Virus record (IMG/VR): IMGVR_UViG_3300046454_000431
Reading direction: 5' to 3' (one strand)
Source of the DNA: an uncultured virus (IMG/VR IMGVR_UViG_3300046454_000431)
Taxonomy: Duplodnaviria > Heunggongvirae > Uroviricota > Caudoviricetes
Length of the DNA stretch: 20,000 nucleotides
Positions 1 to 9,800 of this stretch are shown one piece after another. Both the position numbers and the translations under genes were made by a program. Under the pieces are notes generated by a model. It made no database searches, was not told where the DNA came from, and was given only the letters and a program-made list of their open reading frames with translations. The number at the start of each line of letters is the position of its first letter. Position 1 is the first letter of the stretch.

Positions 1-1485
1 TCTAGCGGTGTGCTAAACCTCACTGCAACAGCGGGCGTGTGGCCGCAGATTTCGCTCAATAAAGCGGCCAGCGGCGTGGGCGCTGTTGTAACTGGCACTA
101 AGGCTGGCGTCGCTCGCTGGCAGGTGTCGCTGGGCGATCAGACCGCTGAAGGCACTGCCAATGCCGGGTCAAATTTCACAATATCCACTTTTTCCGATGC
201 AGGCGCGTACGTAGGCAGTCCGTTTCTTATTGAGCGCGCCTCTGGTTACCTCCGGTTGAACGGCAACGGAGCCACTCCTACCACAGCATCCCCTGCGCCT
301 TTTGGTCACAGTCAGGTTGTGCTCAACAAGGCTGGATCGACAAAAGCATGCAATATTGTTGGTCAAAACAATGCTTTGCCTAGATGGGAAATTGATATTG
401 GAGACACCACCGCAGAGAGTGGCAGCAATGCCGGATCTAATTTTGGCATAGCAAGGTTCAATGATGCTGGTGCAGGCATAGACTATCCGTTCTCCATACT
501 TCGTTCATCTGGGATTGCCACTTTTTCTAAAGCCGTAGTCGTACAAAGCTTCGACAATCTAGGTCAGCTTCGCCTTGTTGGCGGCAACTATGGCGCTGGC
601 ATACGCAATGATGGCGCAAGCTGCTACCTCTTGCAGACTGCGGTGAGCGACCAGTATGGGGCGTTCAGCACTGCCCGTCCGTTCTCGTGGAACCTGTCCA
701 ACGGCGCTGTTAATATCGATGGCGGCGCTGCTGGAACTACATTTGGCGGCGCAATATCTACATCAGGTCAAATATACACTAGCGGAAGCATAATAGGCAG
801 CGGTATTTATGCTTCTGGCGGTCAGATGACCGTACAAACTAGCGGCGCTAACGGGTACATCAATCAATGCGACGCTTCTGGCAATGGCGGGCAGTTCAGA
901 AACCTTACCATACGCGGGTTGGACGCTGGCTATTCTGGGCAAGTCAACTTGAGCGCGATAACCCTCGCTACGGCTCTTGTTACGTCCAACGGGATTATTG
1001 ACGCTACGAATGGTTTTCGGTGCCGCCTTGGCGCTCCCGGCGGCGCGCTGGGCGCAAACGTGTTCAGCTACTTCTGGAACACCGACAACCATCTCTACGG
1101 CTCTGTGGACGCCACCAATCTGGGCTGGATCGCGTGGTCTTCCGACTACCGCATCAAGCGGGACATTGCGCCGCTGCCGTCGATGTGGGACCGCGTCAAG
1201 GCGCTGAAGCCGATCAGCTATTTCCATAAGGATTGGACGCCAGAATGGGAGGCGCCGAAAGAAAATGGCGATGCGCCCGATCCACTGTTCAGGGACGATG
1301 GCGTAGAGAACTGGGGCTTCGTCGCGCACGAGCTTCAAGAGACGCTGATCCAGAGCGCGGCGACCGGCGTCAAAGATGAAGCCGGTCTGGTGCAGGCGCC
1401 CAACCCGTGGACGGTGATCGCGACGCTGACCAAGGCGCTGCAAGAGGCAATGGCGCGCATCGAGGCGCTGGAGGCAAGGCCATGA
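1..1485 (+). CDS. Tail fibre/spike protein with C-terminal intramolecular chaperone (peptidase S74); 5' end lies upstream of the window
   Basis: Frame is open from base 1 (TCT AGC GGT GTG...). It has two ~70-aa repeats (LNKA...RW...GD.TAE...NAGSNF.I..F.DAGA....PF.I.R.SG) and a T-even-fibre-like segment GNYGAGIRNDG...YLL...RPF. The S74 signature SDYRIKRDI...GFVAHELQE is followed by a terminal coiled coil LTKALQEAMARIEALE. Confidence 0.9.
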   Translation, partial: SSGVLNLTATAGVWPQISLNKAASGVGAVVTGTKAGVARWQVSLGDQTAEGTANAGSNFTISTFSDAGAYVGSPFLIERASGYLRLNGNGATPTTASPAPFGHSQVVLNKAGSTKACNIVGQNNALPRWEIDIGDTTAESGSNAGSNFGIARFNDAGAGIDYPFSILRSSGIATFSKAVVVQSFDNLGQLRLVGGNYGAGIRNDGASCYLLQTAVSDQYGAFSTARPFSWNLSNGAVNIDGGAAGTTFGGAISTSGQIYTSGSIIGSGIYASGGQMTVQTSGANGYINQCDASGNGGQFRNLTIRGLDAGYSGQVNLSAITLATALVTSNGIIDATNGFRCRLGAPGGALGANVFSYFWNTDNHLYGSVDATNLGWIAWSSDYRIKRDIAPLPSMWDRVKALKPISYFHKDWTPEWEAPKENGDAPDPLFRDDGVENWGFVAHELQETLIQSAATGVKDEAGLVQAPNPWTVIATLTKALQEAMARIEALEARP

Positions 1486-2087
1486 CAATCGACAGAGAGT
1501 TTTTCTTCGACGCCGTCCGCGACGAACTGTTCAGCGGCGGGATGGCGCAGTCTCAGGTGGACGGCATGAACAATCTGCTCAACATCTGGGAAGCCGACTA
1601 TGCCGCCGCCAACCCGCGCGACGGCAAGATGTGGCTGTCCTACGGGCTGGCGACCGTGTACCACGAGAGCGCGCAGACCATGCAGCCCATCGAGGAGTAT
1701 GGCAAGGGCGAGGGCCACAGCTACGCCGACCCGGACGGCCCCTACGGCCAGTCCTATTACGGGCGCGGCCACGTCCAGTTGACGTGGTTCGAAAACTACG
1801 AAAAGGGCGAGGCTGTCTTCAAGGAAAAATTCGACCGCAATGTGCCGATGGTCAAATACCCGCACCGCATGCTCGAGGAAGAGACGTCGGCGGTGATCCT
1901 GTTCGAAGGCATGATCGACGGCTGGTTTACCGGCGTCGGCCTGCCCGACTTCTTCAGCGCCGAAGAGGGCGAGGAAGATCCCTACAACGCCCGCAAGATC
2001 ATCAACGGCCTCGACAAGGCCTCGACCATCGAGGGCTATTATTGGGTGTTCAAAGAGGCGATTCGAGATGCGGAAAGCAGTGTTTAA
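1482..2087 (+). CDS. Endolysin, glycoside hydrolase family 19 (chitinase-like)
   Basis: Motifs LATVYHES..TMQPIEEYG, YYGRGHVQLTWFENY and ARKIING.D are typical of phage GH19 lysins. ATG at 1482 overlaps the fibre stop (ATGA) and follows a GGAGG RBS, so it is preferred over the ORF-track start at 1407. Confidence 0.88.
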   Translation: MTIDREFFFDAVRDELFSGGMAQSQVDGMNNLLNIWEADYAAANPRDGKMWLSYGLATVYHESAQTMQPIEEYGKGEGHSYADPDGPYGQSYYGRGHVQLTWFENYEKGEAVFKEKFDRNVPMVKYPHRMLEEETSAVILFEGMIDGWFTGVGLPDFFSAEEGEEDPYNARKIINGLDKASTIEGYYWVFKEAIRDAESSV

Positions 2088-2292
2088 TGGATCGGTCATC
2101 GTCGCCGTCCTGACTGCCGCAGCCAACGGCTCCATCGAGTGGCCGGGGGTTCTCGTCACGCCTGAACATATCGTGCAGATCCAGAAGGTGCTGTTCGCCG
2201 CGCTCAGTATTTGGGCGGTCGCATTGCCATTCATCTTGAAGGCGAGCAATGCTATTGATGATGCTGCCGTTAAAAAGGGACCGCCGTCATGA
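2068..2292 (+). CDS. Putative holin / small membrane protein
   Basis: 74 aa with two hydrophobic segments (VIVAVLTAAA; VLFAALSIWAVALPFIL) and a charged C-tail. It directly follows the endolysin and its stop overlaps the next ATG (ATGA 2289-2292). Confidence 0.55.
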   Translation: MRKAVFNGSVIVAVLTAAANGSIEWPGVLVTPEHIVQIQKVLFAALSIWAVALPFILKASNAIDDAAVKKGPPS

Positions 2293-3065
2293 CGGGGATC
2301 AGCGAACCGCTCACCTATAACAGCTACGTCTCTGCCATCGCGACCCTTGCTGTCGTCCCGACGCAGGGAGACAGCGGTGGCGTGATGCATTTCACCGAGC
2401 CGAATCTCGATGGCGTCGTCCCACAGATGCTGAATTACGCGGAGCTTCGCATCCAGCGCGACCTTAATCACCTGGCGTCGCAGAAAATGCGCTCCTACGC
2501 GCTGGCGGATGGCTCCTGGGAATTGGACATCCCCTTCGATGATCTCGTCACCGTCCAAAACATCACTCTCGCGGGGGTGACCGACACCACTGTTTTCTCC
2601 GCATTGACGCCGGTGTCGAAAGAGTTTTGGCAAACCGTTTACATTGATCCCGACTATACCGCCGTCCCGAAATATTTCACGCCTGTCGGCGGCGAGTTAA
2701 ATCCGGCGGGCGCCACATATCACATTTACTCCATTATGCCGAAGCCAGATCAGCCGTATAAGGCTTATGTCACAGGCACCGCGCGCATGCCCTCGCTGTA
2801 CATGAAAAAGAACTCTGAGCCTAACAGCGGAACAACCTTCATTTCGAGCCAGATGCCTGATCTTTTGCTGATGGCGAGCATGGTGTTTTTGAGCGCGTAC
2901 CAGCGCAACTTTAGCTCGGCAGGCTCCGATCCGCAGATGCCGATCAATTACGAGACGCAATACCAGACCCTGCTGAAGGGCGCGATGGTGGAGGAAATGC
3001 GGCGCCGCTTCTTGATGGTGCCAGGGTCGAGCGATGCGCCGTCGCCGGCGAATATGAAGGGCTGA
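2289..3065 (+). CDS. Head-to-tail adaptor (T7 gp11 / P22 gp4-like position)
   Basis: 258 aa. N-terminal LTYNSYVSAIATL...MLNYAELRIQRDL, central P.YF...PKPDQPY and C-terminal PDLLLMASM...YETQYQTLL patterns are typical of podovirus adaptors. Lies directly upstream of the nozzle gene. Confidence 0.7.
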   Translation: MTGISEPLTYNSYVSAIATLAVVPTQGDSGGVMHFTEPNLDGVVPQMLNYAELRIQRDLNHLASQKMRSYALADGSWELDIPFDDLVTVQNITLAGVTDTTVFSALTPVSKEFWQTVYIDPDYTAVPKYFTPVGGELNPAGATYHIYSIMPKPDQPYKAYVTGTARMPSLYMKKNSEPNSGTTFISSQMPDLLLMASMVFLSAYQRNFSSAGSDPQMPINYETQYQTLLKGAMVEEMRRRFLMVPGSSDAPSPANMKG

Positions 3066-3068
3066 CCC

Positions 3069-5255
3069 ATGCCGCACCAGGTTCTCAAAGTCCAGCCCGG
3101 CGTCAACACCAACGAGACGCCTGTCCTGAACATGGCCGGCATTTCGGAATGCGACAAAATCCGCTTCAGGCAAGATCCAGCCGGCTTGGGCCTGGTCGAG
3201 AAGCTGGGCGGCTGGACGCGCTTCTACACCGGCGTTTTCGATTACGCCGTGCGCCATCTCTTCGTGTGGCAGGAAATCGACATCGACAAGTTCGTGGCTG
3301 TCGGGATGGCTGGCCTGGGCGGCGTCGAGCTTTTGCGGGCGCAGGATGAGCTTAATCCGATCACCGGTCTGCCCACGGGTTTCTCGACAGCGACGCCCAG
3401 CGGCGCCCTGCCTCTCACGCCGCTGTTCAGGAATACGGACGCTCCGAACACTACGATCCTGGTTTCGACCGTGGCCGGCAGTCCGTTCGTCTCCATAACC
3501 GATCCATCGCTCGACCAGATCCACACCACGGATTCGGTCTATTTCGCCACCCATGTCGCCGTCGGCGGCCTTGTCCTGTTCGGGCAATATGCGGTCTACG
3601 CGACGACGTCTTTCACCAGCTATCAGATCGTCGCGCGCACGGTGCTCGGCGCGCCGCAGGCGGCATCTACGACTGCGGGTTCGACAACCGCTGTTCCGCC
3701 GCTCTTCACCACGGCGACCAACAGTTATGAAATTACTGTCACGCTGCCGAAACACGGCTACGTGGTTGGTGATGTCTTCCCGCTGCTGATCGCCACCGCC
3801 GTCGCCAACATCACGCTCGCGCCGCGCGAGTACGAGATCCAGCGGATCACCGACGTGGATCACTTCGTCATCCTGGCGAACGAGATCGCGACGTCAGGCG
3901 CGTCGGCCTATCCGAACGGCGGCAACTTCCGCCTGATTTATAATATCGGCGGCGCCCCCAGCAACATCATCAGCGGCTACGGCGCCGGCATTTACGGCGG
4001 CACGGCTGGAGACGGCGGCTATGGCCGAAACAGTGGCGGCGCGCCGACAGCGCCAGGAACGCCGGCCTCGGCCACGGATTGGAACTTCGACAACTGGGGC
4101 AGCATCCTGCTCGCCAGCCCCAGGAACGCCGTCGTCGATGGCATTCCGGTGTCTGGCATCTACCAGTGGGAGGATGAGACAGGCGCCAAGGTGCTCGCGG
4201 TGATCGCGGAGGCGCCGCCTTGCAATGATGGCTTTTTCGTCGGCATGCCGCAGCGCCAGATTATCACTTGGGGTTCCAGCTTCACCGGCATCCCAGACCC
4301 GCTGCTCGTCCGCTGGTGCGACGTCAACGATTACACCGTTTGGGCGGCGACGATCACCAACCAGGCCGGATCTTACCGCATCCCGAAAGGCTCCAAGATC
4401 GTCGGCGCCCTCCAGGCCGCGCAGCAAGGCATCCTCTGGACCGATATCGGCGTCTGGTCGATGCAGTATATCGGCCAGCCCTACATCTACAGCTTCAATG
4501 AACTCGGCACTGGCTGCGGCATGCTTGCGCAGAAGGGGGCGGGGGCGGTCAATGGCGTGGTCTACTGGATCAGCCACCGCCAGTTCTTCATGCTGTCGGG
4601 GGCCGGCGTTCAACCAGTCCCGTGCCCCGTCTGGGACATCGTCTTTCAGAGCATCGACCGCCGTTATTATGACAACGTCCGGGTCGCGCCCAATTCGATG
4701 TTCAATGAGATCTCCTGGTTCTTCACCTCGGTCAATTCCCCAAATCACGAGAACGATTCCTACGTCAAGTTCAACTACGTGCTGAACGCCTGGGACTACG
4801 GCACGATTGCCCGCTCGGCATGGGTCAACCAAAGCGTCCTCGGCTCTCCGATGGGCGCGGGCGTCAGCCCGGAGGATGGTCAGATCCGCCTGTTCCAGCA
4901 TGAGCGGACGCCCGACGCCGACGGTCAGCCAATGCACTCGTGGTTTGCGACCGGCTATTTTGCGATGGCGGAAGGCGACAGCAAGATTTTCGTCGATGAG
5001 ATCTGGCCCGACATGAAGTGGGGCGCCTATGGCGTCACCAAGAATGCGACGGTCGATCTGACGTTCACGGCCAAGGATTTTCCCGCTCAAGACCCGCTGA
5101 TGACGAACAGTTTTTCCTTCACGGTGGGATCGACTTACGTCACGCCGCGCCTTCGCGGGCGCTTGATGCAGGTGACCCTTGGGAGCAATGATCGCGGATC
5201 GTTCTGGCGCCTCGGCGGCATGCGGTATCGCGCAGCGCCAGACGGGAAATACTGA
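3069..5255 (+). CDS. Tail nozzle / packaged-DNA stabilisation protein (P22 gp10 / T7 gp12-like)
   Basis: 728 aa, beta-rich. Contains PGVN...DKIRFR...EKLGGW at the N-terminus, DPLLVRWCD..DY..W.....NQAGSYR, and a C-terminal RLRGR......WRLG.MR....PDG. Size and synteny fit. Confidence 0.78.
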   Translation: MPHQVLKVQPGVNTNETPVLNMAGISECDKIRFRQDPAGLGLVEKLGGWTRFYTGVFDYAVRHLFVWQEIDIDKFVAVGMAGLGGVELLRAQDELNPITGLPTGFSTATPSGALPLTPLFRNTDAPNTTILVSTVAGSPFVSITDPSLDQIHTTDSVYFATHVAVGGLVLFGQYAVYATTSFTSYQIVARTVLGAPQAASTTAGSTTAVPPLFTTATNSYEITVTLPKHGYVVGDVFPLLIATAVANITLAPREYEIQRITDVDHFVILANEIATSGASAYPNGGNFRLIYNIGGAPSNIISGYGAGIYGGTAGDGGYGRNSGGAPTAPGTPASATDWNFDNWGSILLASPRNAVVDGIPVSGIYQWEDETGAKVLAVIAEAPPCNDGFFVGMPQRQIITWGSSFTGIPDPLLVRWCDVNDYTVWAATITNQAGSYRIPKGSKIVGALQAAQQGILWTDIGVWSMQYIGQPYIYSFNELGTGCGMLAQKGAGAVNGVVYWISHRQFFMLSGAGVQPVPCPVWDIVFQSIDRRYYDNVRVAPNSMFNEISWFFTSVNSPNHENDSYVKFNYVLNAWDYGTIARSAWVNQSVLGSPMGAGVSPEDGQIRLFQHERTPDADGQPMHSWFATGYFAMAEGDSKIFVDEIWPDMKWGAYGVTKNATVDLTFTAKDFPAQDPLMTNSFSFTVGSTYVTPRLRGRLMQVTLGSNDRGSFWRLGGMRYRAAPDGKY

Positions 5256-5665
5256 TGACAGCTTCTCTTGGCGACCTCCTCTCCGCAGCCAAAAACATCG
5301 CGCAGGCGATCAATGACGCGGCGCGGGCCTATGTCGGCGTCCAGGGTTCCCAGGTGTCGCTCACGCTAACGGCTCCTACGCAGGTCGTTCATGGCGCGGG
5401 ACGGGTCGCCATGCTCAATGTGCATGCGGCGGGATCGACTTCAGGCAACCTTTGCGACACTACCGATGTCGGCAACAGCAACAACCCCAAGCACATCATC
5501 GCCACGATTCCGATGAGCGTCGGCTTTTATTTTGTCAACACCACCTTCAACGATGGACTGCTCGTTTTGCCTGGGACGGGCCAGTCGGTCACCGTGACCT
5601 ATTCGACCGGATCGGCGGCGGGCAACCAGTCGTCCTCCGCTGCCAACCAGGCGAGAGGACGCTGA
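5255..5665 (+). CDS. Small virion protein (N-terminal helix plus beta-sandwich)
   Basis: 136 aa, translationally coupled to the nozzle gene (TGATG). The C-terminal F.DGLLVLPGTGQSVTVTYS pattern is beta-strand-like. Confidence 0.6.
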   Translation: MTASLGDLLSAAKNIAQAINDAARAYVGVQGSQVSLTLTAPTQVVHGAGRVAMLNVHAAGSTSGNLCDTTDVGNSNNPKHIIATIPMSVGFYFVNTTFNDGLLVLPGTGQSVTVTYSTGSAAGNQSSSAANQARGR

Positions 5666-5666
5666 C

Positions 5667-6356
5667 ATGCCACTGATCAAATCCGGATCCAAGGAGGCCG
5701 TCAGCCAGAATATCAGGACGGAGATCGGCGCCGGCAAGCCGCAGAAACAGGCGGTCGCCATCGCCCTCGATGTCGCGAGGCGCGCACGGGACGCCGGCGG
5801 CGGCATGCCGACGCTCTCAAAACTGGACACGCCGCCTGATGTTCCGAGCACGGTTCACGCGCACCTGTCGGCCAAGGTCCACACCGGCCCGATCCACAGC
5901 GCGGTCGCGGGCCGCACCGATCACCTGCCCGTCCATGTTCCGAGCGGCAGCTATGTCATTCCCGCCGACGTCGTCAGCGGCATGGGCGAAGGAAACACTA
6001 ATGCCGGATTCAAGAACATCAAGCGGATGTTTGGTGGCCTGCCTCGTGGGGCCGGCGAGCAACCCTATGATCATAAAGGCGGACCTTATGGCGCTGGGTC
6101 TGCTCCCTATAACATCGATCCCAGCAAGCCCTATGGCGAACCGCTACCTAGTGGGCATGCTGCTGGCGGGAAAACCGGTAAGGATGTCAAGGTCGTTGTG
6201 GCAGGCGGCGAATACACGCTGACGCCTGAAGAGGTGATGGCGGCGGGCGACGGCGACCTGGATCGCGGCCACCGCGTTCTCGATGATTTTGTCAAACAAA
6301 TGCGCGGCCACATCGTCAAGACGATGTCAAAGCTGCCTGGACCGAAGCGAGACTAG
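5667..6356 (+). CDS. Virion protein with N-terminal 'MPL.K..S...NI..E...GKPQKQAVAIAL' module and two AxGG-associated modules
   Basis: 229 aa. The N-terminus resembles a widespread small phage protein. GRTDHLPVHVPSGSYVIPADVVSGMG and VKVVVAGGEYTLTPEEV resemble the 'D.IPA.LS.GE.V' module that follows A.GG motifs in tape-measure/internal proteins. Confidence 0.6.
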   Translation: MPLIKSGSKEAVSQNIRTEIGAGKPQKQAVAIALDVARRARDAGGGMPTLSKLDTPPDVPSTVHAHLSAKVHTGPIHSAVAGRTDHLPVHVPSGSYVIPADVVSGMGEGNTNAGFKNIKRMFGGLPRGAGEQPYDHKGGPYGAGSAPYNIDPSKPYGEPLPSGHAAGGKTGKDVKVVVAGGEYTLTPEEVMAAGDGDLDRGHRVLDDFVKQMRGHIVKTMSKLPGPKRD

Positions 6357-6360
6357 AGCA

Positions 6361-6864
6361 ATGAGCGACATACGAGTGAGATACGGCGTTCCAGCCGACG
6401 TGCATAATTTCATGGACCTGACATCCATGTGCGCGGAAGAGAACGGGCTGCTCGCGGTGAACACCAGGAAAGTGCTGGAAGAGGTGTGGGCCAGCCTGAA
6501 CTGGGACCACGGCGTGATCGGCGTGATCGAGGGTGACGAAGGCATGCTGGAGGCCGGCATCCTGCTCCGCGTGGACACCACGCCTTATAGCGTCGAGGAA
6601 GTCCTGTGCGAACGCGCGATCTACGTGCGGCCAGAATTTCGCAAAGTGCAGCGCAGCCTTTATCAGGGCGGGCGCGCCAGCTATCTGTGCGAGTTCGCCA
6701 AGAACGCCGCCATGCGCCTCGAATTACCCCTCCTAATCAGTATTTTGTCAACGCACCGCGCTGCTGGTAAGGTGAGACTTTACGAGCGGCATTTCGGGAC
6801 GCCGGCGGGCGCCTATTGGCTTTGGAACGCGAAGACGGGCCATAAGCAAGAAGCTGCGGAGTAG
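6361..6864 (+). CDS. GNAT-fold (acetyltransferase-like) virion morphogenesis protein
   Basis: 167 aa from ATG 6361. IRVRYG...D at the start and IYVRPEFRK (GNAT motif A-like). It sits just before the ejection genes, like T7 gp13 / P22 gp14. Confidence 0.65.
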   Translation: MSDIRVRYGVPADVHNFMDLTSMCAEENGLLAVNTRKVLEEVWASLNWDHGVIGVIEGDEGMLEAGILLRVDTTPYSVEEVLCERAIYVRPEFRKVQRSLYQGGRASYLCEFAKNAAMRLELPLLISILSTHRAAGKVRLYERHFGTPAGAYWLWNAKTGHKQEAAE

Positions 6865-6869
6865 GCGTC

Positions 6870-9800
6870 ATGGGCGGCAAGACACAGCAGGCTTCGTCTC
6901 AGGTCACGATACCGCCGGAAGTCCTGGCGCGCTATAACGCGGTCAACGCCAATGCGCAGCAAGTGGCGCAAACGCCCTTCCAGCAGTATTCGAGCGATCC
7001 GAACGCCTTCGTCGCGCCGATGACCACGGCCCAGAACATGGGCCTCCAACAGACCGCGAACTATGCCAACGCCGCGCAGCCCGGCTTGCAGACGGCGATG
7101 GGCATGACGCAAGGCGCGATGGGGTCAGCGAATCCGTGGGATCTGAACTCCGATCAGATCAACAAATACATGAACCCGTACACTCAGAACGTCACCAATC
7201 AAATGGGCGCTCTGATGAACCAGCAGGCCCAGACGGCGCAGTCGGGCCAACTGGGCAACGCCATCAAGACCGGCGCCTTTGGCGGCGACCGCAGCGGCAT
7301 TGTGGCGGCGAACCTTCAGCAGCAGAATGCGCTGGCCTATGGCAACGCCATGGCGCCGGTGCTCCAGCAGGGCTACAACACGGCGCTCCAGACCGCCACG
7401 GGGCAGCAGGCGCTCGATCTGCAAGCGCAGCAGGCCAACCTGGCGCGGCAGATGCAGGGTGCGGGCCAGTACGGCCAATTGGCCGGCGCGCAGCAGCAGG
7501 CGGGCCTCGCCGGCGCGCAGGCGATGATGGGCGCGGGCCAGGTGCAGCAGCAGACCCAGCAAGCGGGCCTCACTTCGCTCTACAATCAATTCCAGCAGCA
7601 GCAGTCTTATCCGTTCCAGACGGCGCAATTCATGGCGAATATTGCGGAGGGCACCGGTTCGCTGTCGGGCCAGACGACGAACTCCACCCAGCAGGCGCCG
7701 TTCTTCTCCGACCGCAAGTTGAAGGAAAACATCAAGCGAATCGGCACCGCCAAGAACGGTCTGCCGATCCACAGCTTCAACTACAAGGATGATCCGGAAA
7801 AGCTCACCCGCCTCGGCTTCATGGCCGACGAGGTCGAGAAGAAACATCCGGAGGCGGTGGGCCTGGCCGGCGGCTATAAGACCGTCGATCACGAGAAGGC
7901 GATGAAGAGCGCCGGCGGCAGCGTCACTGACTTCGACCAGGGTCGAGCCTATGATCGCGGCGGCTTCGACCTCGGCGGCGCTGCCAGCACCTATGACCCG
8001 TCCTGGCAGTCTGTCGCCCAGCGGCACATGGCGGGGTTGCAGGGTCAGCAGCAGGGCAGCGGCAGCACTTTGTACGGCGGCAAGAGCCGTCACGTTCCAA
8101 CGACGTCTGGCGCTCGCTACAGCCTGCCGAATGCGCCTGGCATGCCGGCGGCAAAGCCGTCAGGTCTGAACCAGGCTGTCGGAACGGCGCAGGCGACCGT
8201 GGGCCTCGGCCAATCGCTTGGCGACGCCTATAATAAGTACACCGGCAAGGATCAGCCTGCCGCCACGACCACCGCGCCTGCTGCTGGCGGTGCGCCTGCC
8301 ACGCCTGCCGCGCCTGTGGTGGCGAACAAAGCGCCTGGCACACCCGATCAACCCGACGTCACATATTTGCGCCGTGGCGGGTTGGCCACCGGCGGCAGCG
8401 AGCCTGTCGTCATCGCTGCGGCGCCGCCTGCCGCCGTCGCTTCATCTCAGGGCCTCGCGGCGCCTGGCGTTGCCGATGTCGTTACGCCGACGGCTCAGTA
8501 CCAAGAAGGATTGGGCAAGGCCCAAGATGCGCAAGTGCGCGCGAACGACATTCAGCAGGCTGACCGCGACGCAGCAGCGAAGGCTGGCATGTCGTTCAAG
8601 CCCGACTGGGACAATGGTTTCCTGGCGCAAGCCGATCTGGCCCGTTCGATGGGCGTCTATGGATCGCTGAACGGCTATCACGACCCAACCCATGGCGGGT
8701 CGTATCTCGGTTTCGCGGATGGCGGCGCGGCCAGCACGGATGAATACAAAGCCCCCGATCCGAACGCCACTCAGGACACGACGAAGCAAAACATTCCGGA
8801 CGTGCATTCAACCTACAAGTTGCCCGATCCGCCCAAGCCGCCAGGCGGCAGTGGAAAGAGCGGAGCCGGCCAGGCGCTGGGCGCCGCCAAATCGCTTATG
8901 GGCCTCGCTTCCCTCATTCCCGGCGTCGGCGCCGTCACTGCTCCCCTTGGCGCCGTAATGGGCGCGGGCGAGGCGTTGGCCGGCGCCAGCGGCGGTCTGA
9001 TGGTCGCTGGCCGGCGCCGCAAGCGCAAGGGCCTGGCCGCTGGCGGTCAGGGCGAGGGCGTCGATTACATGAGCGAAGGTGCGCAGGGGCGTACATACGA
9101 TGACCCAGAGCAGCAAACTGCCCTTAATCTGGATCGCATTAAGGATCTTGAGGGCGAGAACAGTCAAACCGGTCTGGGCGGTAAGGGCAATAGCGTAGAC
9201 AACATGAGCGAGGCCAATCAAGGTCGCATGGCCCCGAATGATACAGAAGCGCAAGACGCATGGCGATTGGAGCATATTCCGCGCGAAGATTTGCACAAGG
9301 AAGTACCGCCGGAAAGGTTGGCAAAACTATTCCCGCCGACGCAGGAAACGCCGCCTCCAGGTGTGCTTGGCCCGTGGTCGAGCCAATCCGCGTCTGCTTC
9401 TGTTCCTAATTCGGGCGAGCGGCTGCTCAACACGCAGCCAACTACGCGCGATGCCCAGACTGGCGCGGCGCCGGTCGAAGGGTCTGGTTTCGACAAGCCG
9501 CTCAATCTCGGAAGCGGGCAGCTATATCAAAGGCCACCGGATGTTCCGGCCACGCCTGAACAGGCTGCGGCGGCGAATGCGTTGCGCAGATCTCCTGAAG
9601 CTGCCGCGCTTGCAGGCGCGGAGGAAGCGCGTCAAGGCAAGGCGGCGGATGCTGTAGCACGGGAGAAGGATTATCAGGCGCGTCATGCGCAATCGTGGAC
9701 GGATTCGCTGACGGGCGTGAAGCCTGATCTGGCGCCTGAAACACCTGAAGAAGAGAAGGCCCGCTTCGCCCGCTACGATTCGACCACGCCGACGACACGC

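Noticed and set aside
1..1485. Diversity-generating retroelement or invertible tail-fibre cassette
   Set aside because: The fibre repeats are diverged at all positions rather than adenine-specifically, and no reverse transcriptase, invertase or template repeat is seen in the window.
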